DNA from: Chlorokybus atmophyticus
Taxonomy: Eukaryota > Plantae > Mesostigma and Chlorokybus algae
Assembly (NCBI GenBank): GCA_009103225.1
Contig: RHPI01002955.1
Coordinates: 216,486 to 280,485 of the forward strand
Direction of reading: 5' to 3'
DNA: 64,000 bases
Part shown: positions 13,018 through 25,547 of the stretch, piece by piece
How positions within the stretch are numbered: position 1 is the stretch's first letter
How the letters are laid out: every line of letters begins with the position of its first letter
Program-made: the position numbers and the translations under genes
Notes under the pieces: model-generated
Seen by the model: only the letters and a program-made list of their open reading frames with translations
Database searches by the model: none
What the model was told of the DNA's origin: nothing

Positions 13018-13499
13018 GGGGGGGGGGGGGGGGGGGGGGGGCGTTTACAACAGCCCACGGGCCAACGAGGGACAATTCAAGCATATTGTAAAAAATCGTC
13101 ATCACCCATCGGTCAAGAGCAAGAGAGTCGCAATCACAAAGAGCAAATCAAGCCATTGGCAAGTGGCTCACCTGGAGGCCTGCGATAGACATGGCTGAGC
13201 GCACAGCCGCTTGCGTTCTAGCTGTTGATTGCTTCGTACGTCAGCCTAGCGTATACCAGCTTCGCCGCTTGCCCTCTGCCGCCGCCGTAGCAGCAGCAGA
13301 CCCGACCGTCAAGGACACCGACAACTGCACAGATGACGAGCAGGTGCTGCTTTGCCGCTTATATTGCGGACAAAGCGAAAGTTTCGCCACGCTCGCCGCA
13401 GAAGCCAAAATGCAGAAGCCACAGCGAAATTAAAGCCCGCAGCTAAAACGTAAACCGACGAGTTTTGGGGCTTTCTCCCGCCACGCGGCAACTTCCGTT

Positions 13500-15665
13500 T
13501 TTGTCGCATTTCCGCCTTCTCGGTTACGGCGAGCACGGCCTCGTGTCGCAAGAAAGCGTATTCTATGGTTTGTGGCTGCGAGAAATGGGGCGCAAAAGAC
13601 GAAGGGTTACGCCTCGCCTTTTTTTCGCCGTTGCTAACGCTGTATTGCCGTTTTACGAAGAAACCATAAAAAGTAGCTGAGAAGCAAGCTTTTGCCTCAG
13701 CTTTTGGTGCCAATATATCTGGTTAGTGCCTTGTCTGAAACTGGTGTTGGGAAGACAGTTACGCGCCAATGGCGGTTTGCTGACGAACAAGTGCGTTACG
13801 GCTGTCGGTTACGCGCAGCCGCTTTTTGCCTGTCGTTTCCTCGTCACTCGGTTACTCTCTCCGCGTAACCGTCCAGGTAAGTTACGGCGCTAGCGGCCGC
13901 GCAGGACCTTGTGGACGTAACTGGAGGGCAGCTAACCCTAACCTTGGTCAGCAACCGAGCAGCGTGTGGCCAGCCCGCCGCAAGTCGACCAGTTAAGTCT
14001 GACGTAACGCTGTTTTAACCGGGCGCACGCTGGCCGGTTTTCCGTTTATCAAACGCTTCGGCGCAACGCGACACGAGTGGTTTCTGCAAGCATAGCCCAG
14101 CAACCAACCAGTTTGCAGGCCATCGAGCGTTTCACCCTCGTTTGAACCCTCCTTTTGCTGACAACCCATGGGAACATGAAGCCTCAAATGCTTCATGAGT
14201 CACTAAAGATGCATAACTGATCTCAAGATTAAGCATGTTCAATAATGACAACCGCTACCAGCACTTATCCAATGACTAAGTGTTCATGTATAATATGCAT
14301 TAATATATAATTATGTGGCATTATAAACCATGGTTTATAACACGATGCGAGTCACGTATACCATAAGTCAACGCTAGCACGTAAGCACGTTGTGCAAAGC
14401 GTTCAATATATAAAGGGACACATGTCACATACAAGTATTGCGTCATATGTTTTTGTGGATACGTCATGTTTATGGATTGTAATCATATGTTATGTATAAA
14501 TAATATATCAAATTAAGGTATAATCTTGGGTTCATTATCACATTATTGCTAAATATGATTCACGGATTCATGTCATACAACAATGACATTTTCACCTATA
14601 TAAGGTACACTGCACATATGAAGCCGTGTATGGTTAATGTAATTTGCACGATTTATCAAACATTTGAAATAACGTGTATGGCAATGATTACATCTCGTCA
14701 ACCTTGAGACAATTCTTTATGTTACAATTGTCTTTCCATACTTAATGTTTTTTCTTAATTAGCAAAATGCACCCATTCTTGCAATAAATAACCTTAATTT
14801 ATGTATTTGATATAATAGAAAAATATTAATTAAAAATAATAATCGTATCACATTTACGTGGTAGCGATTATAGTACCGTGGTAGTCTACATGTGTGTGAC
14901 AACCATCACCAACAAAAGTGTTGTCTAATGCTATCGTGTTACGCATGTACTCAAGTCGTAGGGAGGTTGGGGTATCAATGTGTACCCACCCAATTTATCT
15001 ATTGGTTAAAGATCTGTGCCAAGTCAATTGTGCTAGAACGGTCAGATTGACTGCCAGACTGACCGCCATAGGCGGAACCAACTAGTCAAATGTGCCAATC
15101 ACTCACTCGCGTCCGTCTGACTAATTCAGTCAGACGGACTGCCGTGTTTTGACAAGTAACTGACTGGGCTTCCAACTAGCCGTAACGCGCGTAACGTCAC
15201 GCGCTTTTCGCGTAACATAAAGGGCATGTCGTTGGTGACAGGCTCACGTGACAACGCAAGCTTGGCGGGTCAAGATATTGTTGTGTCCCTTCTGACAAGG
15301 TCGAATCGTATCAAACCAGTAACTGTTGGGTACTGAAAGTACCCAGGATATTTTGGATTTAGTCGCCTTTGCTGCCATTTATATCTGGTTGGAACCTTTC
15401 GTTTCGCTACTTTTTCGCGTAACGCCTATGTAGCAGTGGGTTAGCGAAAACTAGCGCAATTTTAACTTCCGAAGGCTGGGAGAAAGTCACAGTGGTCAGC
15501 GAACAGTACAACGAGCGCAGTTAGGAGAGCGGGCGGTTAGGAGTAACCGTGCCTGCCTCAGCGTCGTTTCAAACGCGCAAGGTCAAGTAATATCTGCAGC
15601 GTAACCGAAAAACGGTGCCGAGGCGGTATACTCGGAAAAAGCTACCTCAGGCGTAACCGAAAGCG
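13500..15665. repeat. Oppositely oriented GTTAC/GTAAC motif arrays around an AT-rich core; possible non-autonomous DNA transposon
   Basis: Left block is mostly GTTAC(G) (about 13523, 13606, 13779, 13796, 13808, 13851, 13881). Right block is only (C)GTAAC (15181, 15190, 15211, 15319, 15418, 15543, 15600, 15653). No clear TIR or TSD found. Confidence 0.35.
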
Positions 15666-15745
15666 TGGCAACAACCTTAGACTGAGGTCGGTCAACAAAA
15701 GACCGCGATCAGAGGGCACCATCACCGGTATATATCAAATGCAGA

Positions 15746-15980
15746 GGGCGTTTACACCGGCGCATTTGGCCGCAGCGGCGTTTGCCTCAGTGCCGGTGAC
15801 GTGGCTACAGACGTCGTCGCCGACTTGCTGCAACGCCGGTTGTCGTAAAATGCGCCGGTGTAACACAAAGACGAACGCGACACACAACATGAGCCTTAGA
15901 TGATCTGTACATCGACCAGTGAAGGACTTGCATCTACATCGGACGGCATTTGTGTACCAAATGCGCCGGTGTAAACACTC
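15746..15980. mobile_element. MITE-like element of about 230 bp
   Basis: Perfect 20-bp inverted repeat, GTTTACACCGGCGCATTTGG (15750-15769) and CCAAATGCGCCGGTGTAAAC (15957-15976), plus an internal partial copy at 15848-15863. No TSD identified. Confidence 0.6.
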
Positions 15981-18900
15981 GGTGCAAACACCCCCGCCGT
16001 CTGAGAGGCTCCCAGACTGCATAGGCTCGCTGTGAGAGCCCGAGCGCTTTCCATTCTATACCTCATGTTGCTTCCTGACTAATGTATCTTCTGGGTGAAT
16101 CGTGAGCTTGAATCTTCATGACTTGAATGAATCTTTGGTGGACCGCTGTCAGAGCTTGGACCAGGCCGTTGGCGGGACAGGGAACGGGCGCTGCAAGCAG
16201 GCAGGCAGGCGGTTGGCCGTCACTCTTAGTTTGAAATCTCGTATGGTATGTACTTTTGGTCAGACTGCATGATGTACTTTAAGCCACAGCCTATCGTAAT
16301 GCAGCGTTGAAACGACGAGTCGAATAGTCAAAGCTGACAAAAAGCGCACACCTCCTGCTCGGCGCTCAACAGTTGTCAACTGATGGAACAAGTGAGGAAG
16401 GAGTTATGGCGTCAGTACTGAAACAAGTATGGCACGCAGTGTGCGCGTGCGTCGTTCGTGCTGACAGGCGCTCCATAACTTATGGACCATATAACGCATC
16501 TTGGAGGGTTTTACACCTGATAAGCCTATCAGTGATAGGCCTAGAACCTTCTCACGTCCTGATGTGACGTTTACGTAGGTGCCAATCTCTGTGAACGGGT
16601 ACCGTTACTTCATCGCAGCACGTACAGTCTACCCTTTGGAAGCCTTCGGTTTAAGAGAATAAAACCATTAGGATCATAGATTTGCAAATGACAGATGGTT
16701 GCAGCCAAACAGCCAAACAGCATCAGTTAGTGGAATAGTCTTGTACGCAATAAGACTAAAGCGAAGGCTTAAAATTTCAAGTGGGCTCAGTCTTGTAACG
16801 GAGGATACCTCGTGAACAGCATGCTTATTTTATTGATAGTAAAATACATATATTATAAAACTCATGTATAGTGTCGTATATAACGTAATTGTTACTTAAT
16901 ATTAATTGATTCTCATTGTGCCACGTCAACATGCACTGACGTAGCTTAAGGTTATCAGGCAACACCCCTGTTAGTGTTATATATATTTTTTGAACGATAA
17001 TAAATATTTATTATAATAAATGCCAAGAGAATGACCCCGTTAATGGAATAAAAAATTGAAAGATAAAAGTGATTCTTATAACGGGGGAGATTGTACAAGA
17101 GATGACTTGTACATGATTTTGCTTTTTACTCCAATAATAATGATGATCCAGGATGTTAGGCAATACTCAATAGGAGGTGGCGCATCGCTGTATAATGCAT
17201 GGTTAAATAAAAACACGGCTTATGAGTCTGCTATCGCATGTCGCATGTCGTGTGCATTAGATTGCATATGTGCACTTGCGCTTGCACGTGTGTGGGTGAA
17301 AGATGTCCTTCAAGGCAGGGATACACATCATAGCTGTACCATACGTGATATACAAATCGTGTTATATGTGCTTATGACAATAATAGCGAGTCTTTACCAT
17401 TGCAAGTGCGGACATCTGCTGTCTATCATGATGGTTGAACCACTATCACAGCATTTACAAGTTGAGCGGCTTATATCAGCAACGTTTAATATAGTATCGC
17501 CGACAGCGACAATGCGCAATTCATATTATGTCATAGCCCCGCTCGCGCCCCTCTCCCCCTTTTATATTTGCTGCAGCAATGCCTTCGTGCTGCATCAATT
17601 ATTAATTTGCACGCAAGGTTTGAGCTTGACATTATTGCAATTAACATGCAGCAATATCATAAGTTGATTCAGAATCAATGTAATACTTATGCTATTGCTA
17701 TATTGTACGCGTTGTTAAAGTCGGCATGTAATAAACAAGATACAAATTGTGTTCTGTTTACCTAATGCAACATCTCAGTAATGGATATAAACTATCTGAG
17801 ATTAGTCTACCAATCGTATTGCGTAATTGTCATAGCCGTCTCCAACAAAGTACAGTGAGCATGCTTATTATGCTTCTTACGAGCATAATCATGCACAATT
17901 ATCAATCTTATCCAGGCCATGTATATGGTGTCACGCATATTGCAGCAGTAAATTGTCAATTCATATACCTTACAATTGTAAGTTGTAAATGTACAGCGTA
18001 CACCCACAACAATACTGAAAATTGCAAGCTGATATAATAATGCTTGCAATTATGCTAAATGCACATTGCATGCAAGTGATTAATAAGGCTCATTGCCACG
18101 GCTAAGGGCTAGCAAAAGTCACTCTCGGTTTTTTTCTTATATGGTAAATATGAACCAAGTGAGGGTTCCGCATGCCATGATGTGTAGCACTTGCCTGTTA
18201 TTTGCCTGTTGGTTACCTATTATTTGTTCATTTAGACGGCTGACAGTGGGGTCTCATGCACTGCTGCACTGCCGACATTATGCCAATGCATGCAATGAAA
18301 TGTGCGATGCAACAGCCAGCCCCCGTGCACAACGCTAACGGCGAATGCACGTTATAACCGTTATATCATATGCATAATTATGCATATTGTATAACTTCCA
18401 CCAAAACAAAGAAAAGGACAAAGAAAAAAGCGCAAGTGCATTAAACGGAATTGGGGAGCTTCACCACGCTTGCAATCATTAATCGGCAGGACCAACATTG
18501 TGTGCACACCCTTCATAAATGTTTATGCAAAGGTTGCAATGCATATCTACATGTCTTACGTTGAATGCGGTGTATGACGTGCGGTATCAACAGTTGCAAG
18601 TTGAAAAGGTGGAAATAGGTTTCTTGCGCGGTCAGGTTCAGGGGTAAGCTACCGAGGTTGAATCCCAATTAAGGCACTAGAGGAAATGGCATTCGTTGCT
18701 ACCACAAACAAGCTGATCGAAGAAACACATTCACTATACGATGGTGTATAAAAGCCTCAAAGGCTATTCTATGCGTGCAACATGACTGCTTTACACACAC
18801 ACTGAGCATGTTGCACATCATCATTCATTCATGAATGCTTGGGAAAACCCATTGCTATACCATGAGTACACTGGCAGCACAGCACCCGAGACAGTTGCTG

Positions 18901-19530
18901 GGTGTGAGGAGGATGGGGAGGGCTGAGGGGCAGGGCAGAGGGGCCCTGCGCGAGGGTTATGTGCAGAACTGCCAGGGAAAGGCGGCGGAAGTGACGGCAT
19001 GGGTGGAGGCGAACGGGAGATGGGGAGGGGGAGTCCGTCTGCTGCTCTTGCTGATTGCTGCCGTGAAAACCGCGAAGACTATGTACCTGTGCTGCTGCAC
19101 ATGCGTGCAGGTAACCAACTGACTGTAAGCGTGCATACATGACTAGCGGGGATGGTGAGTAGGTAGGTAAGCGATAGGTGAAACAATGCAGTAGTTATTA
19201 ACTAGCCCGGTGGTTGTGTTTTAGTTGTGTGATTGATGCGCGTAGAGACTGTACTGCTGTTTGACTGGCATGTGATCACGCAATTGACCTTGCATGCACG
19301 AAATCCCCAGTCCTTCTTGCGCATACCCACAATGCTGCGACACATGCTGTACGCGCACATGACCTACTCACCATCAGTACTACTACTTATTGGACCATTG
19401 AATAAAACGATGAGAGCACACGATAACTATCTTGCAACCAATTAGCCTATAAGGAATGAATAAAGCAACTACCTGTACAACACATTCAACACTTCGCTAA
19501 GCTAAGCTACACAGTGCTACCTGCGCAATG

Positions 19531-22500
19531 CTATCGTTCTTTCAACCTCTTCTTATGCAGCTTTGCTTTACTCTTCCCTCCTCCCTTTCTCCCGTCCGAG
19601 CTACCCATCCTGCCATCTTCATCGTCCTCTCCACCCTTGCGCTTTCGTCCCTTGGAAGAGTGCTGACTCTCTTTCAACTGCCATAGAAACAACTCAACAT
19701 GAGCGAATGCACCCCTCGCATCACAAATTCCACTGCCACTGCATTTATGACTGACATGTGTTGTCGTAGATGGGGTGGTCAGAACACGCAAAACATTGCC
19801 ACTGTGTGATGCGTTTGTATATGTCGAGTAGGTACCTGCAGTGCGGCGAGCCTCTGCGCGTCGCTCACGCGCTCCAACAACAGCAACACCGCTTCTTCCT
19901 CGGCGGGATAAGCATCGAGCTTGCGCCCGATGAGATGCTCTATGCGCTGATACAACTCCACATCATACTGCACACGACAAAATAGATTTCTAATCGACAA
20001 GCAGCCAACAAGCTGACAATCCCAACACAGCACTGATAACCCATATGCATCGCTTATCCAGCTGACACGCTTGAGGGACGCATGTGGGGTCCTACACATG
20101 CACATGTATGCGCAGGCACACACGCACAGACCCACCTGTGTGACTATGGTGACAGCGCGTCCAGATCGTCCCGCGCGTGCCGTGCGTCCGACGCGGTGCA
20201 CGTAATCTTTTGAGTTTGTGGGTATGTCGTAGTTGACGACAACGTCGACGGTGGGGATGTCGAGCCCGCGGCTGGCCACGTCCGTGCACACGAGGGCCCC
20301 GCGCTCAGACGCCTTGAACTTGGCCAACGCTCCGAGACGCTTCGACTGACTCATCTGACCCGATATGGGGATCGCCTACGGACACACAAACAATATGTTG
20401 GGTTGCGGTTTCAGCACTCTCTTCAGAACACTGTGGCTTATTGGTCACCAGAAGTACAACACACCTCAAAGCCGAGAGAGCGCAGCATGATGGCGAGTCG
20501 GCGCGTGGCCTCGCACGTGCGCGTGAACATCATCACCTTGTTGCCCGCCATTTCGTTCAACACGTACACCGTGTAGCAGTCCTGTGACGAGCACAAGATT
20601 TGAGTACACGCACAAACACACAAACAGGCCAAGATGTTATTCCAACAAAAGTGGCAACGGCACCTTGAACTTGGCTGGGCAGAAGATGTAGTTCTGTCTG
20701 AGCGTGTCGACGGTCTGATATTTTGTCGACACTTCCACTTTGACGGGGCTCACGAGACACGCCCGCTGCAGCTTAGCCACCTGCAGGCCAATGCACATGT
20801 GCGGTAAGGCGAGATGACAAGATACATGTCACGTGTGTGCATAAGCACTTACACGCATGCACGTGTGTGCGCGCGAATGTGTGCACGTGCGTGAGCGTGT
20901 GTCAGCCAACGAGCATCGCGTGATGTGCGGACCTTTGTTGTCATTGTGGCGGAGAACAGCAGCGTGCGCCTCTCCCTTGGGATGGCCTTCAGTATCTGAT
21001 CGATCTCGGCCTCAAAATCCATGTTGAGGAGCCGATCCGCCTCGTCCAACACCTGCCAAACCATGTTGGATGACGCATGCTTCATGAAACACTGACACCC
21101 CGACACAACAACACACGCCACCGCGCACTTCTTCCCACACGTGTGGGCTTGCATGCATGGCTAGACACACGCACTTGTACACGAACATGCGCACAGACAC
21201 GGACACGCACGCAACACACACTCATGCGCTGGCTAGACACACGCACAACAATGCACGTGCACATTCATGCACCACACGACTGCCACAGCATGCTGTGATA
21301 CAAGCCAGCGAACAACTTCTCACCAGGTACTTGAGGTTCTTGAGTGAGAAGCCTTTTGTGTTTGTGAGGTGGTCGACGAGTCTTCCGGGCGTTCCAACCA
21401 CGATGTGCGGTCGCTTTGCCAGCGCGATGGCCTGCGCCATCATGTCGATGCCGCCCACCACCACCGCGCAGCGCACGCCGATGCCGCTGCCGAGAGCTTC
21501 AAACTGCTCAGAGATCTGGATAGCCAACTCCCTGAAGGTAACAAATCAACAACGACATCAACACGTTGTACATGTTGAACGTTGCTGTTTTGATGTATAC
21601 GGAGTGCGGGCTGCATGTACATCACTGCACTGGGGATGGAAATGGAAGGTGCAAAGCTCAGTGCATCTAGTGACACAGCAAGGTTCTTGCTGCACACGAC
21701 TCAACTGCTACAAAAAGAGAGAAGTCTTGCGAAGTATGCACAAAAAGGGAAAACAACCGCAAGGGGAAAAACAGCGAAGCGACCAATAAGGCCTCACAGC
21801 AGACACAGATGCATCAACAAGTCACTTGTGTCTCTACCCTGTTTGAATGTTGCTATACGACTTTGTCAACGTTTGCACATCTTGCTTATCTGTTTTAAGT
21901 TAAAGAAACACACAACAACCCCAGACTCCATAAAAGTGGGTTTGTAGCTGCTACTGTTTGTACGTTTGCTTTGTTTGTTTGTTTGTTGTGTTTATTGATT
22001 GTGTACTTCGCTCGATTGCAAGGCCCAACTCCAATAGCAATCCCCCTACCTTGTGGGAGACAGCACGCACGCAAACAGCGGCTGCGGCTTGTCCAACAAA
22101 CTCTGCCAAATAACACAACAACAAGTCAGTGCTCCAAACAAAAATGCATGGAACAGAAGCCTCTGCACAACTGAAGTAAACTAAAGTCACACAGTGTAAA
22201 ACAGTATGCTTACTTGGAGGATGGGCAAAGCAAAAGCGCCAGTCTTGCCAGAACCAGTCTGCGCCAACCCTATGATGTCCCGCCCTATACAATGAACATA
22301 TACGCATGTCAGAAGCCACAATCGTCATACAAACTGACTAAGGACTGATATGCAACACACAATTGCAATTAGCTTGTTACCTGCAAGTGCGTGAGGTAGT
22401 GCCTCCGTCTGGATAGGCGTCGGCTGCTTCCATCCCAGCGCCGCCACCGCCTCGCACAGCGGCTCGCACACCCCGAGCGCCGCAAACGGCGAAGGAGACG

Positions 22501-22573
22501 CCTTGGATCCATCCTTACTGTCCTTCACCGCCCTGTCGCCATTGACGACCGCGGCCGCCGCCGCCGCCGCCAT
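19531..22573 (-). CDS. RRP3: DEAD-box RNA helicase RRP3/DDX47 (plant RH10 type)
   Basis: Q motif [58 protein letters not shown]-like SRGLDIP and [15 protein letters not shown], with a basic C-terminal tail. An alternative ATG lies at 22585. Confidence 0.95.
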
Positions 22574-22909
22574 GGCAGGCCCCATGCCTGAACTGACCTT
22601 AACTACAGCCCTAACTCTAGTTCAGCTCCTTAACCCTTTTTCATAACGTTATTTCAACGCGCCTAACCAGGTATCCCATTTCACAGCTAACGTGATGTGC
22701 CGTGATAGGCTATCACTGATAGCATATATACATATTATCATGTTGTTGTGCTTCCCTATACGAATCGTTCAAACAATAGCAACGGATACATTATCATCGC
22801 ACCTTCACGCTCAGGCAGGCGGTGGCGGCGGCGGCGGTGAGGTGGCTGCGCAGAGAGAGTGGAAGAGAATACGCGTGTAATTGTACTCCCCCTCCTCCTC
22901 GTCTGAAAG

Positions 22910-25076
22910 ATGTACGGGGGTGGAGGGCTCCCGGCGGCGGCCGCCGCCTCCTCCCTGCACTCCTCCCTGCACAGGTGAGCACCATCTTCACTCTGGCCTG
23001 CCCTGGCTTGACCTGGCTTGACCTGGTCTCTGTTGTGCCTCTGTGTGACTGTTGATATTGTCTCGCAGCTTGGCTCAGCCTTCTCTGGGTTACAAATGCA
23101 CGCTCTCTGCGTTGGAGGCTCCCCCGAGATCCTCTGTGGACAACCGGGGCGTCGTGAAGTCCTCCCACGCACCCGCACGCAGGCAAGTCTGCGTTACATG
23201 TGTGATAGTCTGCACAATGGTATGGCTCTTTTGTGAGTTTGTTGATGACATGTTGCTCTGTTCTGTGGTGGGATGCAGTGCGCCCGTATCCGAATCGGAT
23301 TACGAGTTCCAGGCAAGTCAATTGATGCAAACAACAGCACTACTACATTGATGCTTACTGCTATTATGTCATCATTACCAATCTACCTTATGTGTGCATA
23401 TGTGTGTGTCCTCAACACTACAGGTGAGTGATCCGGTGGTGGTGTTGACGCGCTCGGGCGACGTGCGTGCGGTGTGCATGGCGGGCGCGCTGGTGGCTGT
23501 GTATATTGCGGTGGGCACGGCCGTCTTCGCCGCAGCAGACGACAAGTCCTTTGCTGACTCACTCCTTCTCACAGTCTACACACTCACGCTGGTAAGTGTG
23601 GTTGGTATGTCTGCTGTGGCTGGCGACTGTGATAGTTTTTGTCAGCATCCTCGTTGTGTCTTGTCATGGCACTCAGGTGTTGAAGTTGTTGTTGCTGTCA
23701 TCCCAACGCATGCATGTCGTCAACAACAACAACAGTAACAACAACAAGAACAAGAACAATAAGACGACAGCAACGAGAGACAAGAACCACCAACCACCAC
23801 CACAACCACGACAACCACCACAACAACACACACACACGCACTCCGCAGGCCGGCTACTCCTCTTCCCTGACCCCCTCCCGCCCCGCCGTCCGCCTCTTCT
23901 CCGCCCTGTACGCCCTCCTCGCCGCGTTCCTCCTGGCCGCGGGTGCCGGCCTGGTCGCGTCACTCTTACTCGGGTGGCGACACCGGCGGATGGCGGAGAA
24001 GCTGCTTGTCGCACACGATGTTGAGGACATGGAGGATGTGGGCAACCAGCAGCAGTGCGGGAGAGGGAGGGTGGGGGAGTGGGTGGGGAGGTGGTGGGTG
24101 TGGGGGGCGGTGGGGGGAGCGGGGGTCGTGGTGGTGGTGGGAGCGGTGGTGGTGGGGGTCGGGGATGGAGCGGACTGGACAGACGCCATGTGAGTGATGT
24201 GTGTTGGTGGATGTGCAGCGATAAACACGTGCACGCATGCACATCATACGCACGCACGCATGCACGCTCGTTTGCATTGCATACCCCAGGATACCCGCAT
24301 GCGCACATGAAAACCCACTCTCCCTCTCCCCCCGCCCCCGCCCCCGCAGCTTCACTTCCGTCCTCTCCCTCCTGGCCATGTCCCCCGGCTCCTCCCCCTT
24401 CCCTCTCTCCCCCTCCTCCCGCCTCGTCTCCGGTCTCCTCCTCCTGCCTCTCGGCGCGTCCCTGGCGGTGGCGCTCGGGGCGCGCTTGGCACGCGACGTG
24501 AGACGGAGGAGGGAGGAGGAGCTCGTGGCGGGAGTGCTGGTGCAGGGGGGGTTTAGCATGACCAGAGGGGAACTCAGACAGGTGAGGGCGTATATCTGTT
24601 CGCTTGTGCATGTGCATGTGCGTGTATATCGTGGTGTCATGTGGTGTGCATCCAATATATATCCAGGTGCATGTGCGATTATGTCTGTACACGTGGGTGT
24701 GCAATGCATGCTCGTGCGTGCATGAGGCTGTGTGCGAGCTTGCGCTTCTCACACTCGACGCGCACGCACCCCAACACCCCCTCTCTCCTCCCCTGCGCAG
24801 CGTCTCCGTTGCGCCCTCTCCCGCGACCTGGGCCCCTCCTCCTGGCAGGCCACCGACGCCTTCTTAGACGATCACACCCACTCCTCCCAACTCGCCTCCT
24901 TCTTGGCGTACTCCCTCCTCCTCACGGGCCGCGTGACGACGGGGGAGCTGAGAGCCGTCGCGGCCGCGCACTCGCACTTTGGGGGGCAGCAGAGGAACCA
25001 CGTCGCGTACAATACGGGGAGGAGGGAGGAACAACAAGTCGTGTACAAGACGGCCAGACCCATGGCGGCGGTGTAG
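22910..25076 (+). CDS. Highly divergent two-pore K+ channel (TPK/KCO)-like membrane protein
   Basis: Spliced model has four hydrophobic helices and two pore-helix-like segments, DSLLLTVYTLTL|AGYSS and DAIFTSVLSLLAMSPGS. The C-terminus ASFLAYSLLLTGRVTTGEL resembles plant TPK AEF..YKL..MGKI...D. Confidence 0.62.
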
Positions 25077-25547
25077 AGCGGTACGACAGCAAGTGGTGTA
25101 CAGGATGCGTGCGTGGGTCCTTGGGTTTGTTGGGGATGTAGTGCAGAATTGTGTTGTTTTTGGAGTGGGGGTGATAAGACACCCTTGTGTGTTGTTGTAT
25201 CGAGTTATGATCATGTTGAGGAAAGGTAAGAAAGGAGAGAGTAGTACTGGGTTTTGTTGGGAGTGTGGTGGCTTGTACCATGGCTGATTGAGTTGAGAGG
25301 AAGAACCGATTTTGTGGGAAGGACAGTGGTGTGATTACCGCACTGTCATAGTGTTGATGTTGTTATATTTGCTTGTCTGTCCGGTTTGTTGACTGATATG
25401 ATATGTGTGTTTCGACCTGCGTGTCTCACCTTCCTTACCTCTGACCAACACACCCGCAGAACAGCCAAAGGTGCTGCATGCTTAGCTGTTCGACGCATCA
25501 CGTGACGAACGTTAGTGGCATGTTATCACAGTATCTGGATCCAATCT

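Noticed and set aside
12961-13040. Long G tract as a G-quadruplex feature
   Set aside because: It spans an N gap, so its true length and sequence are unknown.
16524-16540. tetO match as vector contamination
   Set aside because: Only the core matches, the flanks differ from tetO1/tetO2, and no promoter or plasmid sequence is adjacent.
17056-17667. 203-aa ORF in the AT-rich island
   Set aside because: Non-ATG start, no motif and composition unlike host exons.
18829-19140. GC-rich exon-like patch with ORFs on both strands
   Set aside because: A donor-like CAG|GTAAC exists at about 19110, but I found no downstream exon or recognisable product; left unannotated.
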